64,000 bases of DNA. Origin: the human T2T-CHM13v2.0 reference genome, Homo sapiens. A program made the position numbers and the translations under genes. The notes under the pieces are model-generated. The model did not search any database. It saw nothing but the letters and a program-made list of their open reading frames with translations, and was not told the origin of the DNA. The DNA lies in the NCBI RefSeq assembly GCF_009914755.1, contig NC_060934.1, one strand, 5' to 3'. Positions 43,895 through 57,879 of this stretch are shown one piece after another (within the stretch, counting starts at the first letter, position 1; the number at the start of each line of letters is the position of its first letter).

Positions 43895-45029
43895 AGTAAA
43901 GGAAAGATTTTAAAAGGATGATATTCAAAGTTGGTAGGGATGTGGCGACAGTTACTCTCATCCATAACTGGTGGAAGTATAAAGTTCTGGAAAATAAACT
44001 GACAATATGTATTAAGGGTATTTCACTTCTAACACTGTATCACAAGGATATTCAAGATGCAGGAAAAGACATATACAGATCCACATCAAAGTCTGCTCTA
44101 TAATAACAATAATTGAAACCATTCTAAAGGCCTAATAATAGTGAGGTGATTAAATAAATAATGATTCAGCCATATGATAGAGTCTGACACAGACATGAAA
44201 AATCACATGCCTCTCCACTGACTCAGGCTCATACTAGTTCCTTTCTCTGAGCTCTTACAACATCTGTAACACAAATTTCACATATTGTAGTAAAGCTATG
44301 CTAAATTTATCTCTAACCAAACAGTAAGTCTCTGAGGGAAGGGAAAAATTTCTGTTTGCCCTTCAGCATCTAATAAAAAAAACTTTGCAAATAGGTATTT
44401 GACAAATTCTTGTTGATTCATTAATTTTAAGGTACAGTATGATGGTTCAGTTTTTGTTAGAGATACAGACATACTGCAGTTCTTGAAAACTAGAAAGCAT
44501 GAAACACAAAGTTATCTTCCTGCTCTCTAATCCTCCAGGGTTCTATTTGCTTCTTCGAAGATTGTAGTCTCTCTTTTCTATTTCGCCCATTAGAAGATGA
44601 CAAGAAGGAAAAAAAACAGCCAAATAGCATCACTGCAAGCTAAAGTGGGCCATTCCCCTGGGCCCCAACTAATGAAATTCAAGGATTTTAACAAGGAGAA
44701 AGGCAGCTGTAGTCCAAATGTTTTAAGAGGAACTCATAGGGCTCAAGGGCCCTGAACCTAGAAGGTGCAATTGATTTTGGCTCTGTTTCTCTCTCTCTCT
44801 GTGGAAATGAAACCTTATTAATTCTGAAAGCCTGTATTCTCCCTGGATTCTAGACATGGCAATACTTTAACTACAACTCCTTTGAAAGAGACACTAGAAT
44901 AAAATTCATCAAATGTTCTAAAGTGACCCTAGCTACCTCTGAAGCACGTATTGCGTTCAATAATCTAGGACTTGATAAATTTGCACCCCCACCAAAAAAA
45001 AAAAAAAAAACCTCTTTCCTTTATGCTCA

Positions 45030-45490
45030 TGAACTGGGATGGATGGCATTATTTTACATAGTTATTCACTTCCCTTCCTGTAAAAGGATTGACTATCTAT
45101 GCTTTTTGCCATGTGACTTGCAATACTGCCATACGGAGAATTAATACATAATCTTCCCATTGACTATGGGCTTAGCCATAGGACTTGCTTTGCCCAACAG
45201 AGTGTGAGCAAAAGTGATACACCAATTTCCACATAGAAGCTTTGGAAGTCACTGCATAATTCAACCATCTTTTACTTTTCCCCCAGCAAGCTCTAGAGCC
45301 TGGGTCTCAGGACGGTGAAGGCACAGGAAACTGACATAGGAAACAGAACTGCAATGGATCCAAAACTAACCTGCTATTGTGAGCAAAGAATAAACACGTT
45401 ATTGAAAGCCACAGACGCTTTTGGTTTGTTATTGTTTTTGATTTTTCTGGTTGTTGCTACTAATTGTTTGTTATTGCAGCATAACCTAGA
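45030..45490 (+). mobile_element. MaLR (MLT1-like) LTR remnant
   Basis: ggcttagccataggacttgctttg...aataaacacgttattgaaagccac...ttgttattgcagcataac. A shorter piece lies near 2195-2355. Confidence 0.65.
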
Positions 45491-46579
45491 GAAAGATGAC
45501 CAATATCTGAGTCTGGTTTGTGCAGAAAAACTGAATTTTTCTAAGTCAGGTGAAGCCATGCCGTGATCACTTGCAGAGGAGTCACAGTGAATTCATTCTT
45601 TTTAGTGAATCGCATTTGCAAGGAAACAACAAGAACCAATTCAAAATTCTAGTGTTTCACGGACCAGGTTCAGATTTCTTGTGGATTGCCTTATTCGTCC
45701 AGGAAACACTGAAGGTTTCAGGTCCCAGGATGTTCAGCATATGGTGTATTCCAAATGGCTTCCAATTTTTACATTCATCAGATTAAACTAGTTCCAGAAG
45801 AGAAACTACTCATAAAAAAAAACGAGTTTTTGTAAAGGAATGATTTTCTATAGAGAGAACTAAAATTTACTTTGCTGAGAAACACCATTTACATGAAATT
45901 TTAAATGTGGGCTTTTGAGCCTAGTGAGTCGTGAGCTTTAACATCTGGAATGAGTCAAGTCCCAAAGCCATGTCTTAATACGCACGCTCATTTGTCTTCC
46001 TCTGCTATGAATCCAGATTTGGTTTTATACTATAATTTCTAAAATAATAAGCATTAAATTTTAATTCAAAGCAATTCAAATATGCTGGCACTTACGCTTA
46101 GTCCATCTGAGAGCTGAAAAGAGAACCACACCGTATGGTAGTGTTTAACATGTGGCTTTCTGTGAAGTGAGCTTCAGGCTGACATACATCTTAGCTAAGT
46201 AAAGACTGGACCTTAGGGAGGAGCCTTGGGCTAATCTGGGTGAGCAGGAGAGGAATGAGGCCCTGCCCCCAGTGAGAGAATAAGGGGTGAGGAGGATAAG
46301 AGATGAGAGAAGCCATTTAGGATCTCAAAATCATTTACTTTGGTTATTATCCTTTGTTCTTTATTAGTATGTTTCATGATTTTTAGAGTTGGTATTTTAA
46401 ACCTTTTCATGCCTTGTGAAAGTGTCCCTTCTAACATCTCTATTAATAAATATAATCTGATCTTTTAAGATCTGATATTCTAAAATCAAGAACACATGAA
46501 TAAGTTTTACCTAGAAGTGCCTTCCCTCATGATTGCAAACTCCAGTAGGTCACCTTCTCCTGCCCTCTCTTCTCCTCCC

Positions 46580-46612
46580 CATCATCATCATCATCATCGT
46601 CATTATCATCAT
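46580..46612. repeat. (CAT)n microsatellite
   Basis: About 11 imperfect CAT units. Confidence 0.9.
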
Positions 46613-47590
46613 GATGTTAACTTTAGTGAGCATTCATTGTGTGACAGGCACAATGTGACAAGGAACATTCTAATTGTTTGTCCTTGCATATAGAATATAA
46701 CCCAGGCTCTTTATCTCGGTCTACAAGACCCTTCAGGGTCTAGCTCCTGCCTAACTCATATTTCTCTTTTCCATCCCTGTGTGATTCCAGCCACCCTGGT
46801 CTATTTCCAATTATTTTAGTTTATTTTTTCTGACTTCAGTCTCTAGGGCTGGGTTAGCACCACTACCTGGAGTCCTCCTTCTCTCAGTTCTTTGCATTGC
46901 TCACTCCTCATCTGCAGATCCTACATACAGGGTCTACAGATGAGAATGAGCTAGCCATACAAAGACCCTTGAGAAGCAAACTCAGACTGCTCCACTGAAG
47001 TCAGTAGCTCTGTTCTTTTCTCTTACAGTACTGTTTCTTTCCTGCCCATACTTATCTCCTCTTGAAATTATGTAGTGTGTGCTTACTTATTTAATATCTA
47101 TATTACATACCCATTCCCTAGCATGGTGACTGAAACCTAAGTGGTTTGATAAATATTTAGAGAATGAATAGATAAATGAATGAATGGTCTCTTTCTACTA
47201 GTACTACTAGTACTATCCCTATTACACATGAGGAAGCTGTGGCTTACAGGTATCTTGCCTTTAGTAACACAGAGAGCTGAAGGGTTTTATCATGTTTCCA
47301 TGCAATATTGTTTCCATTTTATATCAGAAAAGTACCAGCCATACCCTCTATTTGACCTAGGAATTTGTAATGTTCTTGATAATGGTCCATCCATATCCTC
47401 TTATTCCTGCTTACTGCTCTACATCACGCATGTTCAATGGGTTTGCAGCTTCTACATGAGCATGCAACTCCTTCAAACACAGCAAAAATGTATTCTCTAC
47501 AAGTTCTCACAACTCCAAATTAGGTGTTCTATCATCTCTCAGTCTGTTTCCTGCCTCCCACTACTCCAACCTACAGAATTATTTCACTAG

Positions 47591-48100
<510 letters not shown>

Positions 48101-51100
48101 TAGAAAGATATTTTTCTGACCTACAATTAATTTCAATATGTACTTAACTGAAAAACACAATACTATTCAGCCTATGTGGTGTGTTTGCTTGCTCCAGGCC
48201 TTATTCTGTTTCTGACATTTAGGTGTGTAGTCTGTGAATTGCAGCCATGAGACTCTGAGCAGCAGGTCCACTTGAGGGAAGCAAGTGCCTCATGCATTCC
48301 ACAAGTCCTGGCTCTCCCCCACCCAATCCCAAGCTCATAGTGGAATCATCTCAATGCCTAAGAAGTCACAAAAGGAGGTCCTTTGTGAATTTGCATTCAT
48401 CTAAAGACATGCAGGAGATGTGGGAGGGCTGCTTAGGCTGAAGCAGGAGTGTAGCGGGGAGGGAGAAGTAGAGGGAAGGATGCAGGGGAAGGTGGTGAAA
48501 GAAAAGGTTCAGACGGAGGACAGACCTTCCTGCCTCAGCTTCTGCTCTCCTGCTTTCCCAATTATTTTGGTTCTCTTCTTTTAAATCTTAAAGATTTTAC
48601 CAGGGAGTTGAGTTTCATCACATCTCACAGGTTTTGATACACAGCATTTCCTGTTTGTCATTTTCTATGTAGTCTTTCATTTTTTATTTCTTTCTCAAGC
48701 CAATGATTATTTTGGAGAGTTCACATACTTCCACACACTTGGGCATTTTAAAATGTTTATAAATAATCTTGGGTTATGTTATATTGTGAAGAGATGTACA
48801 ATTTCTGCTTTGTTAATTTACTGGGATTGCCATAGAGGTCTAAAATATGATGAATTAGGGTTCAACGCCACTTGTAGAACAGGTATATTCCCTAGATTTC
48901 AGAAATAAAATTCAATGTAAATTACTCCTTCCTGTCTTATTGATTATATTTTTCAACTTTTCTGTTTGTATTTGCTTTCCACATCTAAGAAACAACAACT
49001 TCTCGAAAGCCCTTCTCTTTCTCCAGAAGGCACATCGCTCTCCCTGCGTCTCTTGTAGAGCCCCCTTTCTGGTTCCTCAGTGTCTCTGGGGAGAGGAGGC
49101 AGATACTTTGGGATTGGTCAAGGAGATTTGATGGGTGAACAATTCTACTCATTTCCCTTCGTATCCTACCTCAAGCCTTCACCTTAACATCGTATAGCCT
49201 TCTGAATTTATTATTCAGCCTACAACTTCCCTTCTCTGGGATTTAAAATTAAACTTTCATTACTACCTATGTGTCCTTCACTCAGAGTTCTGATGGCTTA
49301 AATCACTTATGAAATATTAATGAGAGGTGCTGCTTTTTATTCTGGAAAGATGCTTCCATCACCTTCATTGAACTATTCTATACAATTTAAAAGCTCTCTT
49401 CGACAAAAACAGATGAACTAACAATTGATCTGTTCTTGTATTCATTCATTTGTAGCCATGTCACATCTTCCATGGGTAATGTATATCTTTAAAAGTAGAA
49501 ACTTCACTTAAGAGAGATATATAAATCTAAGAATTAACATGTTAATGTGTGTTACTTGTGTTAAAAAAAAAAGAAAGATATGCTACACTGGGTCAATATC
49601 ATTCTTATCTTTTGCAGTTAAAATCTATTCTTTAATGAGTGCTTATGGAACTCTCTTACTGAGCAAAAGTAAGTCTTTCAAAACCACAGTATCTGTGAAA
49701 GATACACACTCAGCAATGGTACCTTAATCTTCATTTGAAGGATATGTTTGCCTGGCAACCAAGGCACCTAAAACCACACAAAGAGAAGATCTAGGATTCT
49801 TAAAAGTACACCTATTCACATGCAAAGTAAATGTCCTTAGGATCATTCTCCCACATCTCTGTGGAATTTCTTTTCTCTTCTCCACTCTTTCTAAAATTTT
49901 GGGTGGACTGCTTTTACTCATCAATGGAGTCAGTAAAGGACAAAGTCAACCCCCCTCTAAACCACCAAAGTATTCGAAATACCAACATTCTTTTTTTAAT
50001 TCTTTTTCATAAATATTTCATTTTTTAGAGATAGCTTTAAAAAATGAAGACATCATTTTAGGGAACAATATATTGAGTCATAATAATGTTATTAGAATTT
50101 GGTTCCTGTATCACTTTCTTGTATGACCACTATCTGAAGAACAACAAGAGAAGTGAATATACTTTTTAGAAAACGGGTTCAGTTCACAAATTTTCCCAAT
50201 GGATAGAGATGATTTAAAGACAAGAGCTTTAACCAAAGTCAATGTACGTCCATCTAGAATCTCATAGAGGTACATCTAAGTTTTACTTTGACAATAACTA
50301 GAGTTTGACCTTTGTGAGCCTCAATTTTCTCATTTGTAAAATTAAGGTCCTTGCTGATGCCAAAATTCTACAGGTTGGTTGTATTCCTTTAGGTTGGTTG
50401 GTCAAAGATATAATATAAAAATCTATCTATTAATATTTAAATCACCGTACATGACCTCTCCTTCTGAATAATACAGTTTTTTTTTTCCATCAACAATCCT
50501 TGAGGGAAATTTGGTCAAGACTTTGAGGATATGTGGTTACATCAGAATGTAGATACCTCGCTGGCCAACTGTGACAGCCACATCGGCTGTCTCTGAACTG
50601 ATAAATTCAAGGCTAGAGTTAAAACTTTGTTCCAGAAAAACCTTGCATTTGCATTATTTTTTTTAACACTTCAAGCTTCTTTTTATCATTTATTTCCTTG
50701 ATTCTACCCCCAAAGTTTAGAGAAATAGATAGGACATCTTACTGAAGTAGGAACTGAAAGATCCAGATAAAGAATTGTCCAAGGTTATACGGTCATCTGA
50801 CAAATGAACTAAAATAAGAAGTTAGGTGAACTAACTTTAATCCCCTTCTGGCTACAAAACATTCCACCATTCTGGTTTATGAAATTAAAACTTCCAAAGC
50901 CAGTTTTATGATTTTTTGTGCGAACTTTTCAGAAGAATTCAGAGGAGTTCATGGAACCGCTCACTGAAATTCAGTTCTAGTGTTCTGCAAAGCCTGAGAG
51001 GATGAACCATTCAGAGGTACTGATAGTTCTTTAGAACCAGAGAATCACCATGAAGGCTTTAACAGAAAGGGCCCCAAATTTCCCTGAAAATTATAGTTAC

Positions 51101-51735
51101 ATTCTTGCGTATCTGAGAAAATCATGATGCTCGGCTTCATGTTTTAGTCTCGTGATCGGAGAGCCAGGTATGGAATTGGGTAATTCACAAGACCTTCCTC
51201 CCTATGGAAGATGAGACACCTCTTGTAGTCAACGTCACACAATTGCATTTCTGTTCTTACTGAAGATAAGTATAACTAGATCTCCTAAATTTGAATCCCA
51301 GCTCCATTACTTGCTAGACATGTAACCATGGACAAGTAACTTCTCTGGGCTACAGTTTCCTAAGATTAAAACAGAAATAATAATGGTTGTTGAGAGGATT
51401 CAATGAAATAACTCACGAAAAGCACTTACCACACATGGCAGGCAGTAAGCTGACAATGATCATTATCTATTTAATTTGTTATACTATTTTAAAGTCTTAT
51501 AATAGTGCCTGGAGTACAGGAAGCACTCTCTAATTGAAAGCTATTTTTGCTGTTCTCAAAAGTTAAAAAAAAAAGGGTTAATAATTTAATTTTGATTTAC
51601 ATAAAAATATTTGAAATTCTTCCGTAGTGTAAAACTTTAATATACTTTATAAGAGACTTTAGAAAACCTAAATTGAATAAATATACCCATTCTGAAATGA
51701 TCTTAAATAAAAATTTCTGGATTAAAAAAAATGCA

Positions 51736-52080
51736 GGCCGGTTGCAGTAGCTCATGCCTGTAATCCCAGCACTTTGGGAGGCTGAGGCCGGAGGATCACC
51801 TGAGGTTGGGAGTTTGAGACCAGCCTGCCCATCATGGAGAAATCTCATCTCTACTAAAAATGCAAAATTAGCCGGGCGTGGTGGCACATGCCTGTAATCC
51901 CAGCTACTCAGGAGGCTGAGGCAGAAGAATTGCTTGAACTCAGGAGGCAGAGGTTGTGGTGAGCTGAGATCATGACATTGTACTCTAGCCTGGGCAACAA
52001 GAGCGAAACTCCGTCTCAAAATAAATAAATAAATACATACATACATACATACATACATACATACATACATACATACATAC
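51736..52080 (+). mobile_element. Alu (S-type) whose tail has become (AAAT)n(TACA)n
   Basis: Full dimer plus a tetranucleotide STR at ~52034-52080. Confidence 0.95.
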
Positions 52081-52802
52081 TGCTGTAGTGCTATGGTCAA
52101 TGCACTTCAACTAAGTCTAGCTAGATCTTATGCTAAAGTTCTGTTTCCTCTGTCTAAATGTAGAAAGAAGAGGACAGGAGGTCACATAGGTTTTTCCTGG
52201 ATGAATAAATGGATTTAACTTGCACAAACAAACAAAATTGTAAATTCTTCTCTAGTTTATGTAAAATGATTATGCCCAAAAAAACAATGTTTTGTCTTGC
52301 TCAACACTTTAATTTGTGGCTTGACCAATAATTTAGCATAAGAAATACCAGGCCCAGCAAACAAAAACAGCCTGTCTCTGTTTCAAATATTCCCTGTATT
52401 ACAATCATTACCCACACTTAAATCAAAATTAAAGATTTCTGGAGGAGAGCAAGCAGAATAAAGGAAGGAAAAACCCTAACCTCCAAAACAAGGGTCATTC
52501 AACACTTAAACTTTATTACCACTTGACTAGCTGGGTCATCTGGGCAAATCCCTTCACTTCCCTGGGTTGAGTTCTTTCCTGTATTAATTATTCTAGATAA
52601 TAAATCTGTATCTTATTAGTACATCCTATCAGCCTTATTTGCCTGCACCTTAGTCATTAGAGCTTAGTTATTATTGTATTTCTAACAAGCTCTCAGGTAT
52701 TCTGGCTGCTGGTGGCCCAACAATCTTTTGAAGACCACCACTCTGCAGAATATAAAAATGTTGATGAATGTCATCTAAGGGCGATTGAGTAGTGAAAGTT
52801 AC

Positions 52803-52993
52803 CTCAATGTAATTCTGAGAACTGTCACTCTGGCATTGCAGCTCCACGTGGGTGAAGTTGATTTGTATTTGTTCTCCCTGGGGCTGCTTCATCATATAGA
52901 CGCATTGCCTGGTGTGAGTGAAAGGCCCAGACAACTCAGGCAAGAAGAGTTCACCCTCTGGGTCCGTGTAGTTCCCACCACAACGCAGATCCG
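52803..52993 (-). CDS. CUBN: Cubilin exon 17 (191 nt), CUB3 first half: [14 protein letters not shown]...SQNYIE
   Basis: Inside ORF 52671..53093; acceptor cttag|CG, donor GAG|gtaact. Confidence 0.96.
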
Positions 52994-53078
52994 CTAAGAA
53001 CAGGGAAGAGACGAACAGGTCATGGCAATGGCATTGCTCTGGCTTGCAGGCATTGGATCCAATTTCTAAAAATTTACC

Positions 53079-53096
53079 CACACACACACACACACA
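53079..53096. repeat. (CA)9 microsatellite
   Basis: Read directly; (UG)9 in the CUBN pre-mRNA. Confidence 0.9.
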
Positions 53097-54128
53097 AGCA
53101 CATATCCATTTTATTCACCCTCTATAGGCTTGTGCCTCTAATTTTAAGATTTTCAGTTTGATGTGTTGTGGGACATCTCTGTAGTGGCTTAAAGAAATAG
53201 ATGCAGAGATGTGTGATCTAGCTTCCAATCTGCCATTCTCTTCTATAAGTTGCTTTTTAAATACATTAATGCTCTGCTTCATTTCAATAAGATTTGAGAT
53301 GGTTATTAAAAACATGTAACAAAATAAACTACATAACTGTATACATGAAGCAGATTAAAGAAAAAATGAATACAGAATAGCAAGATGTAGCCAGGGGGAG
53401 TTGATTTGCACGGAAAACAATTGAAAGGGGAACAGGAGGTTGGCACCAGATTCCGTGGAAAGAAAAGGAAATGAAGAAAGGGGACAAGTAAAGATGTTCT
53501 TTGTTACTCTTCCTGATATTGAAACTTAAAAGGTACTTTTTCTGAGAACATTTATTAAGGGCACAATAATAGATGTCATAAACAAAATCCTCCACTTCCC
53601 TAAAAAAATCCAAATCATAGAGTATTTCCTGTGTTTTGTTGTTTGTTTGTTTTAAGGTATCAAAGCAACTGAGGTCCTAACAGCTAATAGTATTTGGCTG
53701 GAAGTGAAGCTCTAGAGTCTGGGACACTGTGATGCTGGAAGCCAGCCCCAGCCCCTGTGCAGCTGGACTTGATCCGAGGATAAAATCCAGAGAGACTGCA
53801 CTGCTCGCATGCACAAACCTCTCTCACAACTAAACATCAAACACCACGAGGGACCTGGTGCCCTGAATTATTTAAGTTTGGGTGCCTCATACATCTTTAT
53901 CATGATGTGGATCCCATAATTTAGGGATCAAAGGGTATTGCAGTATTAATAATAGAGCATTGGGAAGATAAAGAAAAAATATGAAGCTATGAGAGAAATA
54001 TTTATAAAGAAATGTTCTTGGTCTAAGACAGTCAGTCATCCTCTGAATCACATTAAAATATAAAACAGATGTAAGCATAGCATTGGCCTTCAAATCCCTC
54101 TTAAGCCCCCAACTGGTAGGTTACTTAC

Positions 54129-54291
54129 AAGGTGATGTTAAGTAGGTGATATGGAAGCCTTGGTCACTAATCTGGGAGTCTGAATGGAAGTGAATTCTGG
54201 CAAAGGGGCCAGTAGTCTGGAGCGGTGGGACAGAGAAAGTGGTGCAGAACTTCCCAAGAAGGGGGTCCTGATACAAAGGACCATCTCGAAT
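54129..54291 (-). CDS. CUBN: Cubilin exon 16 (163 nt), CUB2 second half: [19 protein letters not shown]...[10 protein letters not shown]
   Basis: Acceptor ttttag|ATT, donor CCTT|gtaagt; phases fit both neighbours. Confidence 0.95.
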
Positions 54292-54429
54292 CTAAAACAA
54301 AAGGATGAATCATTAAGCTCAAAGTGGTCAGATTTTTAACAAACTAGGTCACTTTGGATATTAACTTCATAAAATCTATCATTTAAAAGTGATCGCTCAA
54401 GGAAGTTTCCCCATCACATCCAAATGTAA

Positions 54430-54795
<366 letters not shown>

Positions 54796-55966
54796 TGTGA
54801 CTGGATTTCAATTCCAAGGCTGGACATATAGTTTGAATTTTTGTCATGATGTTACTAATCAAAGATCTTTCCCTTTTGATTTTTTTCATTATAAATTCTT
54901 AGTGATCTAGAAGAAAATGAATATAAGCAAAGAAAACAGAAGAAGGAACACCATTGATGCCAACTGATTCATAACTTGGTCCAGGTTTTCAGAAGGGTCA
55001 GAGGTAGAGAGGAAGTGCCATCAGATTAGACACAACAGAAAGACAGGTTAGTGAATTTAAAAATGCAACTTTGATAGTAAGTAAGTACTACAATGATAAT
55101 GACGTGACCTTAGAAATCCTTTTCTAATTGTTGGTTTTTAATCTATGATGTAATCATGTCAATCTCTCTATAATTTTGTTGTAATTGCAAATTCTATACT
55201 ATATAAACCACCGAGGAGTCAATGAACTAAAGAATATTTTAATATGGTCAATTTTGTCTATTCAAATTACTTTTCTTACTGGGATCAAAGTTAGATGGCA
55301 GCATAACTTTATTCTAATATTTAACTGGTTCTTTGAAATACTGTAGTTTAAAGAGAAATGAGAGACATTTCAATATTGTCAGAGTGGTTGACACTTTCTA
55401 CCATATGGTCTCCAGAAATGAATGTGTAGGAATTTTTTAAAGCCTCTAATTTTAACTTGATGGAATTTATTGAAAATTAATTTCAAGATAACTCACTTTT
55501 CTGTCAACATTTAAATGACCATTTTGCAGAAATTTTCCAGAGAGAGACAGATCTTCCAGTCATTCCCAAAGGTTTCAAATCCATTATTGCTGAATTACTA
55601 ATGACTTTTACTTGCAGAGCCCCTTTTTGACACCACATCCTTCTATCCTTTATGAATAATTGCATTGACTATCCCTCTCTAATGGACTTGGAAATGCGTA
55701 TTGTCTTTTTCACACTGCTGCAAGGGGCTGAGATTTATGGTGATAAAAAATACAGGACAACCTGGGAACTCAATCTTCTCCATTATCTTGTCAGTCTACA
55801 AATGAAGAGCAACACTTTTTGATGCACCTACGTACAAACGGCATTTGAATATAAGAGCCTTTTCTCCTCCTCCATATTTTAATCTTTTACTAATGGGTAG
55901 GCAGAAGGAGCTTCGGCTGATACCTCTCCTCTCAGTAATAATGATTACTTTATTCCAGGAACCTAA

Positions 55967-56370
<404 letters not shown>

Positions 56371-56701
56371 TGAAGGTTTGAATCTGCATTGAAGGAGATG
56401 GCTATTACTGAGTGTTTATTTCATAAATTCTGCATTCTCATGGCAGGGGTGTGAGCTTCCAGGTAACACCATAGCAGGGCAAGGTAATCTGTTTCCCAGA
56501 TTCAAATGGAACCCAGAAGAAGAAGCAACAAACAGGCACAGTTAAAAATAGAGACTTTGCAAGAGTTAGATATTGACTGACTATTGAGAAACACACCTAA
56601 CTACAGCTAATATTTTGGGGTCATCCATGGGCATGGCTAGACCATAGTGCCCTGAGTCCTAATCATATTGTGATATGTTCTATCTAAATATAATTATTTA
56701 C

Positions 56702-56883
56702 CTCAAGGTAATCTTTGTTGCAGTCATCATGGTGCTCGAGGCTCAAGGTCCCAAAAGTAAATGTTACCAGGAGGTCAGGACTAGTTACAACAATCCAGAC
56801 ACAATCTCTTCCTGGGGGATAGTTTCCAGGATACCCCGGAGACTTAATAGAACCGTAAGGACCAGTCAGGATACCTCCACACT
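56702..56883 (-). CDS. CUBN: Cubilin exon 15 (182 nt), CUB2 first half: [29 protein letters not shown]...CNKDYLE
   Basis: Read manually; acceptor ttttag|AG, donor GAG|gtaaat; not in the ORF track. Confidence 0.95.
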
Positions 56884-57879
56884 CTAAAATAAGAGGGAAA
56901 AATAATGTTACATTTGTATAGATGCTATAATTTATGGAGAATGATCAGAGCCCTTGGCGTAAGAAGCCAAACTTTGTTTAAATAACTATGAGCAGTTTTA
57001 GACACCCTCATAAATTAAAAAAGATTTACATTTTCCAGTTTTATAAAGTTACAAGTCTAGAAGTATCAATTGATAAACAAATGAATCACCCATGTGTCAA
57101 GCTCTGTGCTTGTGAGCCATCACATGCTGACACTATTTAAACAGGGCTGAACCATCTGAGCGATGAATACCAGGATTGTAGAGTCATCTTTTTCACTTTG
57201 ATGATATTAATTTCTGTATGTGAAATTGTAAAGAATTCCAGAACTTCTGCCAACCTCTGTGTGTTTCAGCAAACCAGATCACTTTGCATATTAAAATGGT
57301 TAAGTGTGACATAATTTTCATTTGAGAAGGTTTCTTAATACTATCATATAGTTAAAACATTCATTTAATAAATGAAAAAATTCAAATGTCTGTAGTGATC
57401 GAGCCACTGTTCCAAGAATGGAGCAAGTGAGGGACTGAGCCAGGCTTTCTGATGCTGACCCCACTACCATCCTCATTATACCACATCGGCCCCCTAACGT
57501 TGCTGACTAGTGACTGGAAGAACCTGCTCTTCATTAATACCCACATTTATTTAACAAAGAATCTGTAGTGGCTTAGATTTCTATGAGAAATGCTACTGTA
57601 AATCAAATGATAGAAACACTAAATAATAAAAATCCAGACTGTAGTAATACAGACATTAGAAATAAGTGAGATAGGTAACATTTTAGATGTGTAAGATATG
57701 AAATTTACATAGCTATACAGGTTGTTCAAATAAAAATTTTCCTGCCAAAGTAAAAAATGAAACAAATTAGTTCCATGAGTCTCATTGTTCCTACTGAGAA
57801 AACATCTCAGTTCCTCAGAAAAAGAGGCATTTCCCAATGTAATACTTTAAAAGTTACCAGTTTTAAATGCATAAAATAG

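Noticed and set aside
46496-46693. Poly-His ORF
   Set aside because: Produced by the (CAT)n microsatellite.
51597-52100. 167-aa ORF (and similar ORFs at 20939, 21066, 24915, 28697, 47645, 54433, 56065, 58179)
   Set aside because: These are translations of Alu and STR sequence with typical Alu peptides.
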